DNA from: a virus
Lineage: Duplodnaviria; Caudoviricetes
Length of the DNA: 64,000 nt
IMG/VR virus record: IMGVR_UViG_2522572160_000003
Direction: 5' to 3' (one strand)
The notes beneath the pieces are model-generated. The model was not told the DNA's origin, did no database searches, and saw only the letters and a list, made by a program, of their open reading frames with translations. A program made the translations under genes and the position numbers. This document shows positions 1-10,183 of the stretch, in pieces. Position 1 is the stretch's first letter, and every line of letters starts with the position of its first letter.

Positions 1-201
1 CCGGGCGGGCCTGCCAATGGCTTTGCACAGCCCGTTGATGATATTATCCACGTCCTTTTCCTTGAGCTTGTCCACCTGGCCCAAATGGGCGATAATTTTG
101 GTGCGTGGATTTTTGACGCCGGGTTCCCTGACGCTTTCCGCGATCTGGACCGACTGATAGACCTTGCCCCGCTGTTTACTTTTGACGATTCGGATATACA
201 T
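1..201 (-). CDS. IS1634-family transposase, N-terminal part (truncated by window edge)
   Basis: Hand translation MYIRIVKSKQRGKVYQSVQIAESVREPGVKNPRTKIIAHLGQVDKL matches the characteristic IS1634 N-terminus. Not in the ORF track. Confidence 0.8.
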   Translation of the reverse strand, partial: MYIRIVKSKQRGKVYQSVQIAESVREPGVKNPRTKIIAHLGQVDKLKEKDVDNIINGLCKAIGRPAR

Positions 202-349
202 AGTGCGTAAACACTATAATATATTATTCATTAAGTCAAGTATAAATACAATAGTTTACGTACTACATTAACCTTCCCGAAACAGATATTATCTTCAATG
301 ATTTCAATCTGGATTTCTTGTTTAAGGCAAGATTGGTGTCAAAGTTCGG
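1..349 (-). mobile_element. Left end of IS1634-family insertion sequence (continues off window)
   Basis: The minus strand begins CCGAACTTTGACAC at 349, resembling IS1634-type terminal IRs, and the transposase start follows at 201. Confidence 0.75.
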
Positions 350-416
350 TTGCCCCAGCCAAAATCCAAAGGGCCATTGGTAGAAACGGCACTGTTACAG
401 CGTCCATTTTTTCTCC

Positions 417-2057
417 TTATTTTTTACCGTTATTCTCGGTGTCTTTGCCTTTTGTTTCAAGTGAAGTCACTTGCACGGCATGCTTCTGTACAACTTCAAC
501 CATTCGGTTCATTTCCACCAAGTTATCAGACAGGGCGTTAAGTTTATTATCCATCTCTTCAACTATTTTGGACAGGGCTCCATCCCGCTTATCAAGCTGT
601 GCCTTGCTTTGTTCCGTAAGACTGGTTAGAGATTGAACCTCTTGTTTAAACCCACTATTTAACCTGGATAGATCATCCACTTGTCCCTTAGTCGCATTCG
701 CCATTTTTGCCAATTGAGCCAAAATGTCATTGGCATCGCCTACTTTTTCCTTGAAGGCGTCTACATCATTTCCCAGCGAACTTATGTAATCACCCAGTTT
801 ATCAAGTCCGCCATTAAATGCAGAAATTGCTTCCGTGAGAGAGTCCGCTTTTTGGGAAAGCATCGTTGATGATTTGTCGAGCAGACCACCATATCTGCTT
901 GTTTCACTATCAACTTTGGTAATCGCATTTTTAAAATTTTTAGCAGAGACGTTTAATGAATCTATAGATTGTTTCATTTGCTTCTTTGAATCATCTGCTG
1001 CTTCTGAAATTTGATCTATAACTTCTGAAGTCTGGATAGACTTATCTTTAAAGCTCTCAATTTGAGATTCCAAGGAACTTATATGGCCATCCAGTTTGTC
1101 AATCTTCTTTCCAAATTTGGATTCAGTTTCACCAAGCATATCTGTTTGTTGGGACAATTCGGTTGTAGATCGATCTATCAAGTCTCCAAACCGACTTGTG
1201 TTGTCATCCACACTAGTTATGAGTTCCTGCATCTTTTCCACTTTGGTTTTAAATGATCCTGAAGTTTCACCAATACTAATGACTGCCTTGTCTGTCGTTT
1301 GGATTGACCAGTTCATTTCTTTTAACACGGCATCTATATTTTTATTCGATCCTTCCAAAGCAACCGCTATTTCTTCAAATTTTGTGGATAGTTTTTGCAG
1401 CCCCTCACCTTCCTGGGTCATTTGCTTCAGAATTAGCTCTGCATTTTGTTTTTTGCGTTCAAGTCCTTGAATGTCAGCTTGGAGTTCAGCCTTTTTGACT
1501 TGGAGTTGGTCAATTGAATTCCGGAAGATCTCTTCCTGGCTTTTTAGAGCTTCAACCTTCTGTCCTAAATTCTGCTCCTGCAATTGAGCGGTTTGAATCT
1601 TCGCATGCAAGTCAGCGTTCTCCTTGCGAGCAGCTATCACTGCAGCCTCATTTTCAGTTCGCTCGGCTTTGCTTGCTTCCAAATCGGACAGGGCCATTTC
1701 CAGTCTGGTTGTTTCTCCTTCCAAACGAACCTTGGTAGTTTGGAATTGGCCTTCCAAACCGGTTACCTCCTTTGTCAATACTTGGCGTCTATCTTCCATG
1801 GTAGGAAGCTCCTGCCTAATAGCCGAATATGCTTGTTTGTCTCGTTCAAGAAGCATGCGTTCGCTTTTAATGGCTGCTATCTCCCTCTCAAGGTTCACAA
1901 TTTTCCACCCGGAAAAAATAATTAGCAAACAGACAAAAAGGATCGCTAAGGCCAAGAACCAAACCGGCGGGAAAAAACTGTCGAGAGCAGCGCCTTGTTT
2001 TTCGGAGATGATATTTTTCGATATTGGACTCTCATTATCTGGCATATTTTCAGTCAT
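417..2057 (-). CDS. Membrane-anchored long coiled-coil protein
   Basis: One N-terminal TM helix (VWFLALAILFVCLLIIFSGW), then ~480 aa of coiled coil. ATG at 2057 has a GGAGAG RBS and overlaps the helicase stop (ORF track start 2078). Confidence 0.8.
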   Translation of the reverse strand: MTENMPDNESPISKNIISEKQGAALDSFFPPVWFLALAILFVCLLIIFSGWKIVNLEREIAAIKSERMLLERDKQAYSAIRQELPTMEDRRQVLTKEVTGLEGQFQTTKVRLEGETTRLEMALSDLEASKAERTENEAAVIAARKENADLHAKIQTAQLQEQNLGQKVEALKSQEEIFRNSIDQLQVKKAELQADIQGLERKKQNAELILKQMTQEGEGLQKLSTKFEEIAVALEGSNKNIDAVLKEMNWSIQTTDKAVISIGETSGSFKTKVEKMQELITSVDDNTSRFGDLIDRSTTELSQQTDMLGETESKFGKKIDKLDGHISSLESQIESFKDKSIQTSEVIDQISEAADDSKKQMKQSIDSLNVSAKNFKNAITKVDSETSRYGGLLDKSSTMLSQKADSLTEAISAFNGGLDKLGDYISSLGNDVDAFKEKVGDANDILAQLAKMANATKGQVDDLSRLNSGFKQEVQSLTSLTEQSKAQLDKRDGALSKIVEEMDNKLNALSDNLVEMNRMVEVVQKHAVQVTSLETKGKDTENNGKK

Positions 2058-5000
2058 TTTCTCTCCATCCATGGACAACTTTGTCCACGCACCCTTTTAG
2101 GTCTTCACGCAGTTGATAGGTCCAAAAGCGCATAACTTTCCATCCCAGTCCTTGAAGTTGAATATCTCGCCAATGGTCATCAATTTTTCTTGATCCATCT
2201 GAGTTCCTGTGACAGTCCCCATCCACTTCGATATCAATTTTAATGGGCTTTTCTCCTCCCTTGATCAAGGCCATGTCCAGCCGTCGACTGGAAACAGGAA
2301 ATTGTGGCCGCGGTTCAAGGCCAGCCTCTTGTAATGCGTTGAAAAACATTTCTTCATATGGGGACTCAAATGGATGCCATGGCGTTTTGGGCAGAGTGGT
2401 GGCTGTAATAGGTTTAGGGACGGCAAGACTTTCAATATGAGGTATTCCACATTTTCGCGCCCAGGCCTGGTTGCCCACAACATGTAGGACAGCCCTGGCG
2501 CGACTGGCAGCAACATTAAAAAGGTTCCCTGTCTCCCTCAAAAAAGAACGTGAGCCTGCAGGCATGTCCGGGCCTCCGCATATGGAAAAAATTATGACGT
2601 CTCTTTCATCCCCCTGAAAACCATGAGACGTGTCCACATGAGCATCTGACAATTGCAGCGCATGAAATAATTGGGCATCGGCCTCAAATAATGCATCTCT
2701 GATGCGGTTGGCCTGTTGACGGAATGGCGTGACGATGCCAAGGCTGCCTTTGAAATGATTCTGCAAGAGCATAGTTCTTACTATGCTGACCACCTCATCC
2801 ACTTCACTTTGGGAATAGCATCCACTGCCGCCTCCGCTCTGAACTTCCCCTGATACATCCGTCCAGCCTATTCCCATTTGCATCCCGTTAGGGATTTTTA
2901 ATAGAGAACAGTCAGTGGCTACCCGCAACCGCCCCTTATAGAAATTTGCATTGGAATAATCAGCGATGGGGTTTGCACTTCTGTACGTTTCACTCAGAAA
3001 AATTGCATCAGCTTTTTTTGACCCTGCGAGTAGATTATAAAGAGAACTTTCCGTATATGCGAAACGGGCGTCGTCTACACGCTTAATGTTCACATTGCGT
3101 CTCAACATAGCGTCTTTGGCTGTGGACAGCTTGGTTGAGTGAGTAAGCTGATGAGGGTCGCCTATTGCCCCCGCTCTTTTTGCGCGGAATAAAATAGGTA
3201 TTGCCGAAGGAATATCCGACTGGCTTGCTTCATCAACAATTGCCAAATCAAACATTCCGGCTATAAGGGGGATTCTGGATTTGACAGAAAGATTGGTTAC
3301 TGCCCAGCATGGAAATGATTCCAAAATATACGGCGTCCTTTTTTTTAGGATACGTCGAGTCTCCATGGTGATTATTTGGGTGTCCAAACCCGTTCTCATT
3401 GCATTTAATGCCGCCCGCAACCCGTCAAGCTCCTGCCTGTCCACGCCGGGACGCAGCCCCACTCTGCTGGAAGCGTCAAGAGAAATGGCAATAGAAGCAA
3501 GTTCCTTTATACGATCAGAGAGTTTGAGGATTTCTTGCGTGATTTCTTCCAGGGGAGGAAGCTCTTTAAGTTTGGCTTCATATACGATGCTTTCATTTCT
3601 ATTGCTTGCATATTTCGCAGCATGGTCCAATGTTGAAACTTGAAGTGCCATCCCGGAAAGTTTTTTTGATTTTGGATAACGCGGAAGTAAAGGCAGTCCG
3701 GGCATATCTCCAAGTTTCAGGAGTGCATTGGCATAAGAAGGGAAGTAGTACAGTTCCCTAAAGAGTGCCAAAATTTTAGACAAACCATCTTGTTGACTCC
3801 CATCGAAAACTGCTGACTTAATAATTGAGGATATCTTTTCAATAGCCTTATATTTATCATTGTTGGAGTTTGCATTTAGAAACCGAATTGTTTCTTCAGT
3901 AAGACCCTGAGCAAGATAACTCATCTTGTCCTCAAGTTCTCCCAACAGGCTCCCAAACTCTATCGCTTGGTGAGCAAATGTCGCCTTTAACCCTCTCTGC
4001 TCAAGATATTCAAAGAGTTCCTCTCGCACCCTGCCGATTTTCTCGATAGAAGACTCATTACTTGGAAAAGCTAAAATATCTGTTATCGCGTTGTTGAATG
4101 TATATTTGAGGTTTGGATCTTCCTTGGAGTTTGTTCTGACAATCAGTTGGGGACCTTCAGGTTTATTCAGCCTTGAGACAACAGCGTCAATGGCCTTGTG
4201 ATTGCGGCTTGAAAAAAGAACTGTCAGGTTTCTTAACCTGGCATTACATATTGCGGCGGCGGCAACCTGACTTTTCCCCGTTCCAGGAGGCCCAGTGATG
4301 ACGGATATCTCTTGATTTATCAGAGAGGAAATTGCTCTTCTCTGTTCCGCATTTAACGGCGTCGTGTCCACCACGACTGATTCATGAGGCGAAGCATCTA
4401 CAGCATTTTCATTTTCTTCGTCTCCTTCCAAAAAGATGTAGCGGAGAGCAGTTTGATCAAGCACATCATCCGATTCACTTTCAATTGTGGAAAGCTCGTT
4501 AAGCAGAGAAGCGGTGTACCGAGTTTTTTTGGCCATCATCAGGACAGCCCTATTATATATGCCTGTATCAAATGGCTCTTTTATTGTGTTGTCTGGGACG
4601 CTGTCAATGTTAAGAGACTCACGAATTTTGTAGGGCATAAATGCAGTTAGGGCTGTAACCAAATTTTCCAAATCAGGGCAAATTTCTTCTTTTTCAAAGC
4701 CGGGGCCTTCATCATTTGGACGCCATCTATTGATAAAACCGCATGCCGACAAAAAATTCCGTTGTTGATCCGGTTTTCGAGCAAAAGCATATTCCAACCA
4801 CTTTACATTGACCTCCGCACGAGGGGCACTGCAACTTACAACCAAGCCGTCTCTTGAAACTTCATGGTTCAGTTCAAAAAAGAACACAGGACTTATGATA
4901 CTCACGTCCGGTTCGTTTTGTTTCTTTATGTGTGTTGCCTGCACAGGGTAGCCAAGAACCAATGATTGATCATTTCCAGCACTCGGGAGAGCATTTAATA

Positions 5001-5529
5001 AGCCTGACAGATGAGAGCCTATGGGTATTGTGATTCGCCAATGCAAACCTGGCTTGGGACTCCACTTCCCTATTCGACGGAGGTATATATAGCTTTTTCC
5101 TAAATCATTCAGAAAAGCGGACGCTTCAGCCCCCTCCTCATTGTTGATACACTTTCGGTAATAGGAAACTAATTGCCGAAAAAGCCCCCACCGCCCTGAA
5201 TAAACATTTTCAGTTCCCGAAGGGGGTGTCGGCTCAGGAGTAGCTATATTTCCTGTGAAATTCAGCTCTGTAATTGTTTCCTTTGACAATGCTGGAAGAG
5301 GACAGCTTATAGAATCTGAATGCTTGACTTTAGAGGCGGTATAAGACCAAAGGCCTTTACTATATTCGACCTGGCCGTTTGCACTCATGTCTCTAAGAAG
5401 GGAGCTAATTTGGTAATCAGGCAGGCGTAGATGCAGTTTTCTCAAACGGAAGCCAATCTCCCGTGTGGAAAGGCCAGTAGAGGAGGTGTGAAGAATGTTA
5501 ATCAACGAATTTTTGATTTCTGCATCCAA
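2050..5529 (-). CDS. SF1 (DNA2/NAM7-like, AAA_11/AAA_12) helicase with C-terminal Vsr/DUF559 endonuclease
   Basis: GPPGTGKS Walker A, IVDEASQ Walker B, GDPHQL, TPFRQQ, FQGDERD and NVAASRA motifs; C-terminal ESPYE...RLDMA...IEVDG..H...RD..L...GW nuclease motif. Confidence 0.9.
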   Translation of the reverse strand: MDAEIKNSLINILHTSSTGLSTREIGFRLRKLHLRLPDYQISSLLRDMSANGQVEYSKGLWSYTASKVKHSDSISCPLPALSKETITELNFTGNIATPEPTPPSGTENVYSGRWGLFRQLVSYYRKCINNEEGAEASAFLNDLGKSYIYLRRIGKWSPKPGLHWRITIPIGSHLSGLLNALPSAGNDQSLVLGYPVQATHIKKQNEPDVSIISPVFFFELNHEVSRDGLVVSCSAPRAEVNVKWLEYAFARKPDQQRNFLSACGFINRWRPNDEGPGFEKEEICPDLENLVTALTAFMPYKIRESLNIDSVPDNTIKEPFDTGIYNRAVLMMAKKTRYTASLLNELSTIESESDDVLDQTALRYIFLEGDEENENAVDASPHESVVVDTTPLNAEQRRAISSLINQEISVITGPPGTGKSQVAAAAICNARLRNLTVLFSSRNHKAIDAVVSRLNKPEGPQLIVRTNSKEDPNLKYTFNNAITDILAFPSNESSIEKIGRVREELFEYLEQRGLKATFAHQAIEFGSLLGELEDKMSYLAQGLTEETIRFLNANSNNDKYKAIEKISSIIKSAVFDGSQQDGLSKILALFRELYYFPSYANALLKLGDMPGLPLLPRYPKSKKLSGMALQVSTLDHAAKYASNRNESIVYEAKLKELPPLEEITQEILKLSDRIKELASIAISLDASSRVGLRPGVDRQELDGLRAALNAMRTGLDTQIITMETRRILKKRTPYILESFPCWAVTNLSVKSRIPLIAGMFDLAIVDEASQSDIPSAIPILFRAKRAGAIGDPHQLTHSTKLSTAKDAMLRRNVNIKRVDDARFAYTESSLYNLLAGSKKADAIFLSETYRSANPIADYSNANFYKGRLRVATDCSLLKIPNGMQMGIGWTDVSGEVQSGGGSGCYSQSEVDEVVSIVRTMLLQNHFKGSLGIVTPFRQQANRIRDALFEADAQLFHALQLSDAHVDTSHGFQGDERDVIIFSICGGPDMPAGSRSFLRETGNLFNVAASRARAVLHVVGNQAWARKCGIPHIESLAVPKPITATTLPKTPWHPFESPYEEMFFNALQEAGLEPRPQFPVSSRRLDMALIKGGEKPIKIDIEVDGDCHRNSDGSRKIDDHWRDIQLQGLGWKVMRFWTYQLREDLKGCVDKVVHGWREND

Positions 5530-5995
5530 TTTTCCATTCCACTATAATTGAAAGATTTAATAATCATTCGTATGCATACAAATAGATTTCAGTTAAATTT
5601 GGCTATAAAATTGAAGCCTTCATAGTTAAAGCCACCAGTCTTAACGCCTCGCAATTATTAGCGGGGTATTTGAGGTAGTCGATTTACGAAAAATTATTTT
5701 GATTTGGCTTCCGCCCCCATTCTTCAGATCCTGCCGTGGATTCTGATAGGCTTGAATATAAACAATGGCATATTTTACGAAAACAGTCAATTATCCCATC
5801 TTGACCCTGCCCTTACTCAAATTTATTTACAGAATGGAATCAATTAAAAAAGCTGTTTAAGTGGGCAAAATCAAGCATGGCAACCGTCTAAACAACTACA
5901 TTTTAATGGAGGGGAATTGGAATAAAGGAGTTCACCTGGTACAAAGATCCAATTGCCTCATAAAGGGAATATTTTTGATTATCTATCAGTTGTGA

Positions 5996-6277
5996 TTACC
6001 CATTTATTTTCTCCCTCAACTTCGCTGAACACTGAAAAGCCACCACCCGTCTGGACCTCAAAGTCAGATCTTCTCCAGTGGCCGGATTTCTTCCTCTGCG
6101 TTCATCCTTCGCTTTCACAGAAAATTTTCCAAAGCCGGAAATCAAGAGATCATTACCAGATCCCAGGTCTTCCTTGATGATCTCCAACAGGGTTTCCATG
6201 ATTTCTCCACCCCTGCGTTTGGGGTAGCCCGTCTCTTTGATTATAGCTTCAATGATTTCGTTTTTGGTCAGTGTCAT
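5996..6277 (-). CDS. ihfA: Integration host factor alpha-like (HU/IHF family) protein
   Basis: MTLTK...ISGFGKF...RRGRNPATG...RRVVAF signature. Confidence 0.9.
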   Translation of the reverse strand: MTLTKNEIIEAIIKETGYPKRRGGEIMETLLEIIKEDLGSGNDLLISGFGKFSVKAKDERRGRNPATGEDLTLRSRRVVAFQCSAKLREKING

Positions 6278-6779
6278 GTTTTTCCTTTATTTTCAATTGC
6301 ATGCCTGCAAAAATTTCTTTAGAAGACAGCAAACCGTTTTCTGTCTTTCTAACTCCCTCGTTTAATCTCTCAGCTACCTCCATGGGCGACAGATCATTAT
6401 AGGTCAAATTGATTTTAGCATCTTCCACCAGTCTGTTAACGAAGGCGGTCACAGATTTATTTAAAGCCTTGGAAGAATAAAATATGCCCATGGCTGGCCC
6501 AACGATGCGGTCATATATCAACTGGATTCCGTCGTACTTCATGGTGTCTCTTAGGAAACTGGGCCAGTATCGCATGAACTCTGAGAAGTCGGTTATACCC
6601 CTTCCATACATAACGGTTGAATATAGGGACATCGTATTGACCATTATGATGTACTGGGTTCGTTCAGCCGTGAAGAGATGCCCTGTCCAGTCCAAATATG
6701 GATTTGGGTCGGCTGGCAAAGACTTTGTGGGAAACTCTTTGAGCTTTTTCCCAAGTTTGGCGGAGTAGCGGAGTATCAT
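6249..6779 (-). CDS. Hypothetical protein (DUF6933-like)
   Basis: MILRYSAKLGKKLK...WTGHLF...YIIMVN..SLYS pattern recalled for this family; overlaps the ihf start. ORF track start 6803. Confidence 0.6.
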   Translation of the reverse strand: MILRYSAKLGKKLKEFPTKSLPADPNPYLDWTGHLFTAERTQYIIMVNTMSLYSTVMYGRGITDFSEFMRYWPSFLRDTMKYDGIQLIYDRIVGPAMGIFYSSKALNKSVTAFVNRLVEDAKINLTYNDLSPMEVAERLNEGVRKTENGLLSSKEIFAGMQLKIKEKHDTDQKRNH

Positions 6780-6893
6780 AATAGGGCAGGCCTCTAATCT
6801 CAAAAAATAATTGAATTTATCAGATAAGTATCATACCTAATAACCGACTTCAATATTCATATTGGGGATGATTCTTCAGCGTGGAGAAAATTA

Positions 6894-7235
6894 ATGAGAG
6901 CCATTAATCGATCAGCCGTCATAGTGAAACCCAAAGAGCCTTTTTTGAAGTGGCTCAATGATCTCTATCCGGAAGAAACGTATTCTCTGGAAGATATCCG
7001 ACATGAATGCACTGTCTTCCTGATTCCCGAGTGCGACGTGGTTGAGGAAGCACAAAAATTTATCAAGAGAAATTTCAAGGCCATTTTTCGGCTTGAACTT
7101 GAAGGTTGGCATACAGATCCCCAAAATTTTCCTGGAAAGCTGACCTACAAAATGTTCTGTGAATGGTTCGAGTGTGAGATCAACTCCGAAGTTTACGATC
7201 TATCAGCGAAAAAGATCACAGTTGAAGACGCATAG
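6894..7235 (+). CDS. Conserved hypothetical protein
   Basis: GGAG RBS; INRSAVIVKPKEPFLKWL...FLIPE...F..EL.GW...F.EWF is a recurrent small bacterial family. Confidence 0.8.
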   Translation: MRAINRSAVIVKPKEPFLKWLNDLYPEETYSLEDIRHECTVFLIPECDVVEEAQKFIKRNFKAIFRLELEGWHTDPQNFPGKLTYKMFCEWFECEINSEVYDLSAKKITVEDA

Positions 7236-7314
7236 AGAGCCCTTCTCATTTTTGTATATGAACGGGCTCGCCCCAAAAAAATCATTCTCCTCTTCCCTGA
7301 TGTCGAAGGGAGTT

Positions 7315-7499
7315 GATCTGGTTCATTTGACATGAGTAGGCAGACTGAAAGCATAGTTAGTAGAAAGAGATGAATGTCACAGTTATTCCGATTCATCTAC
7401 TCTTATACAAAGCACTATGTATACACAATGCTATAAATATCTCTCTCTTTGTTTGTAAATCCCTATTATATTGCCAAAAAAATAATTTTGTGGTCTATA
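7315..7499 (+). repeat. Direct repeat copy 1 (185 bp), paired with 19304-19468
   Basis: gatctggttcatttgacat...gatgaatgtcacagttatt...tacaaagcactatgtatacacaatgctat...aaaaaaataattttgtggtctata is near-identical to copy 2, with an extra 20 bp. Confidence 0.95.
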
Positions 7500-7562
7500 C
7501 CCCAAGGTCTATAGAGGAATCAAAAATGCAAAAAGAACTCAACCATCGCCTTCCAGCACTGT

Positions 7563-8312
7563 TTAGGCTTTATTACGTCTTTTTTGCGGCAAATCTTTAT
7601 GAAGTTTTTTAATTTTAAGTAGCTCCTGAAATACAAAAATTGACTTTCCGAGGCTGTCATAAACAATCCTTGAATCGCCTACGAAAGTCCAGCTGACAGG
7701 AAACTGACAAATACTATAACCTTTTTGTTTGGCCATCCAAAGAATTTCAGGATCAAAAATAACACTATATAATTTTTGATTTGAAAATAAATCCATTGCG
7801 GCCGCCCTTGTGAACATCTTAAAACCACATTGTGTGTCAGGGATATTTAGTCCTAAATAACAATTCTGTATAGTTCTGTATAGTTTGGATGAAAGCCTTC
7901 TAAAGAAACTTTGAGACGCACTAATTTTTGATCCGGGTATTGCTCTTGATGCGATGGCAATGTCACACGTATCATTTAGCAATTTTTCTGCTTTGACAAT
8001 TTCTTCGATGGCCACAGAATAATCGGCATCCATAAAGAGAACCCGGCCCCCGGAAGCTCGAACCATTCCGTAAGCTACTGCATATCCCTTTCCTCGGTTA
8101 GGCTTATATGAAAGAATTTTTAGGGACATATTATGAATATCCTGAAAAAGTTTCTCAGAAACAGCAATTGTGTTATCGGTAGAACCATCATCCACTATAA
8201 TCACTTCGACAAACTCTTCTCGCATTGAGAAAAAATTAATTGTATTCGATAGAGTCTTTACTATACGGTTTTCTTCATTATAAGCAGGAATAACTATCGA
8301 CAAGTTTATCAT
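7563..8312 (-). CDS. GT2 glycosyltransferase (dolichyl/polyprenyl-phosphate glycosyltransferase-like)
   Basis: LSIVIPAYNEE, VDDGSTD, NRGKGYAV, FMDAD and DTQCGFK motifs; ATG 8312 has a GAGAGG RBS. Confidence 0.92.
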   Translation of the reverse strand: MINLSIVIPAYNEENRIVKTLSNTINFFSMREEFVEVIIVDDGSTDNTIAVSEKLFQDIHNMSLKILSYKPNRGKGYAVAYGMVRASGGRVLFMDADYSVAIEEIVKAEKLLNDTCDIAIASRAIPGSKISASQSFFRRLSSKLYRTIQNCYLGLNIPDTQCGFKMFTRAAAMDLFSNQKLYSVIFDPEILWMAKQKGYSICQFPVSWTFVGDSRIVYDSLGKSIFVFQELLKIKKLHKDLPQKRRNKA

Positions 8313-8855
8313 GATATTCCTCTCATCATTTGGTATCAATATTTTTGAGCAGTTTTCTCACGCATCAAACTATCGAGTTTCATAGTACCTTAAAATTAAA
8401 ATAAAATGAAAGGATAATCACCAACATGTTTAGTACCAATCCCAAAACGCTTCGTTGGGGAGTCTATTCAAAGTTTTGATCGAGTTTCAATACACCAACA
8501 ATGACATTTATGAGCCCGATACATAGAACCTATCTCAGTGTTTTGATCTATAAATGCGTCCATACCCAAAAAACTACATTGCCTATATTAGCCGCCTCGC
8601 AAAATAATCGCCGCTTTCTGTTCAGGAGCCAAAGCCATCTTTTAAACGCGAGACATGTTTGCTGGATTCCCAGGACCCTGCCAAAGTGAATTCTTCCTGC
8701 TCCTCGACACTGACCATATGCCGTTCCCTCAAATTTGGAAAAAACACGTAGAATTATATAACTATCCAAAAATTATGAATATTATTCAAATGACTTGGAC
8801 GCAAAAATATTACGGCCGTTTTAACAAACGGCACTGCTCCTTCCGATTGCGTTGG

Positions 8856-10166
8856 TTATTCACAAAAAATCCGTTGGTAGCAATACCATTCTCCATTATG
8901 TTTCATTTGCTCCTTTAACTGCTTGAGGACATCCTCGGAGGCATTTATTTGACCATAATCAATATTTTGAATAGGACAGGACCCGATGCATTTCTTTTCC
9001 GTATAATATTGACAGGTTAAACATTCCTTGGATTTGTAGGCCGGGTCTCGAAAAATTGTCCACGCTTTATCATCGTGCCAAATTTTTAAAAAGTCGTTGA
9101 CGCAATCTATTGAAAACTTTCCGGCCATAAAGGGATTACGAATGTTGGGGTCAGCATCCAAATCGCTGGCCGGAGAATAGGAGCACCCGTACATGAGAAA
9201 TTGTTTATTCTTTGCATCATAATCCAAATTCGTCGCCTCGCGCCCAGCCGCACAGGCGGAGAGCTTTTTCACCACGGGATCATTGTAAAAGTGCTCTCCA
9301 AAATCCGTCGTCAATGTGGTTGTCATGCGGATTTTCAATTTTTTCATTACCCGAACCATTTCGCCAATGGCCCATTTAAATTCCGCAGAACTCATGATCT
9401 CGTTTTTTATCGACAAATTGCGAACTTGAGGCCTTAATGGAATGAAAGTTATGCTTTCCGCTCCCAGTTCTTTGACTATTCGGCCCAAGGGCTCAATTTG
9501 ATTCATGTTCGCCCGGGTTAAGACGGTCGTTAAGCGCAGCCTCATCTCAGGATTTACGGACCGAAGAAGGCGAAGGTTCCTGATTATGGTATTAAAGGTT
9601 GACGGACGATACTTATTATGAGCTTCTTCATCTCCATCCAAGGAGCAAATGGTCCAACAATTTCTATTCGCAATTTCCATCAATTTCTGTTCAGGCATCA
9701 CGCCATTGGTGGCGACCGAAACATAAACCCCCTGCTCCTGAAAGGCATCCAGGATGCGAAAAAAATCAGGATGCGTGGTGGGCTCGCCCCCGGTCAAACG
9801 CACTTCCACCAATCCATTTTGACCTAAAAATGAAGCCATTTCCAAAACGGCCTGTGTGGGGACGTGAGCAAGTCCGATTTCGGACTTAATAAAGCAATAG
9901 GAGCATTTAAGGTTGCAATTGCGGGTAATCTGAAAATAGACTCTTCTTGGAAACCGGGTATGGTTTTTGCGGGTTTTACCGATGAATACGGAATCGCCTT
10001 CCGTTGTTTCAACACGGGTTATAAATTCTCCGTTTTCATACGCTGTTGTTCCACCTAATAATGATTTAACAAATTCCTCCTTATCAATGGCCGAGAGGCG
10101 CCCTGTGGCGCTGTCAAAGCGAGAAAACTCCCCGAACTCCGGATCTTCCTGATATAACCGATACAT
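8856..10166 (-). CDS. Radical SAM/SPASM domain protein
   Basis: CNLKCSYC, LTGGEP, ATNG; C-terminal CAAG...CLTC...CIGSCP...YC. Confidence 0.92.
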   Translation of the reverse strand: MYRLYQEDPEFGEFSRFDSATGRLSAIDKEEFVKSLLGGTTAYENGEFITRVETTEGDSVFIGKTRKNHTRFPRRVYFQITRNCNLKCSYCFIKSEIGLAHVPTQAVLEMASFLGQNGLVEVRLTGGEPTTHPDFFRILDAFQEQGVYVSVATNGVMPEQKLMEIANRNCWTICSLDGDEEAHNKYRPSTFNTIIRNLRLLRSVNPEMRLRLTTVLTRANMNQIEPLGRIVKELGAESITFIPLRPQVRNLSIKNEIMSSAEFKWAIGEMVRVMKKLKIRMTTTLTTDFGEHFYNDPVVKKLSACAAGREATNLDYDAKNKQFLMYGCSYSPASDLDADPNIRNPFMAGKFSIDCVNDFLKIWHDDKAWTIFRDPAYKSKECLTCQYYTEKKCIGSCPIQNIDYGQINASEDVLKQLKEQMKHNGEWYCYQRIFCE

Positions 10167-10183
10167 GCGATCGCCTCTATGTT

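Noticed and set aside
8313-8855. RiPP precursor among short ORFs (MKLDSLMREKTAQKY near 8383; 8548-8769; also a 23-aa ORF near 13320)
   Set aside because: No convincing RBS plus leader/core pattern; cannot be supported without conservation data.
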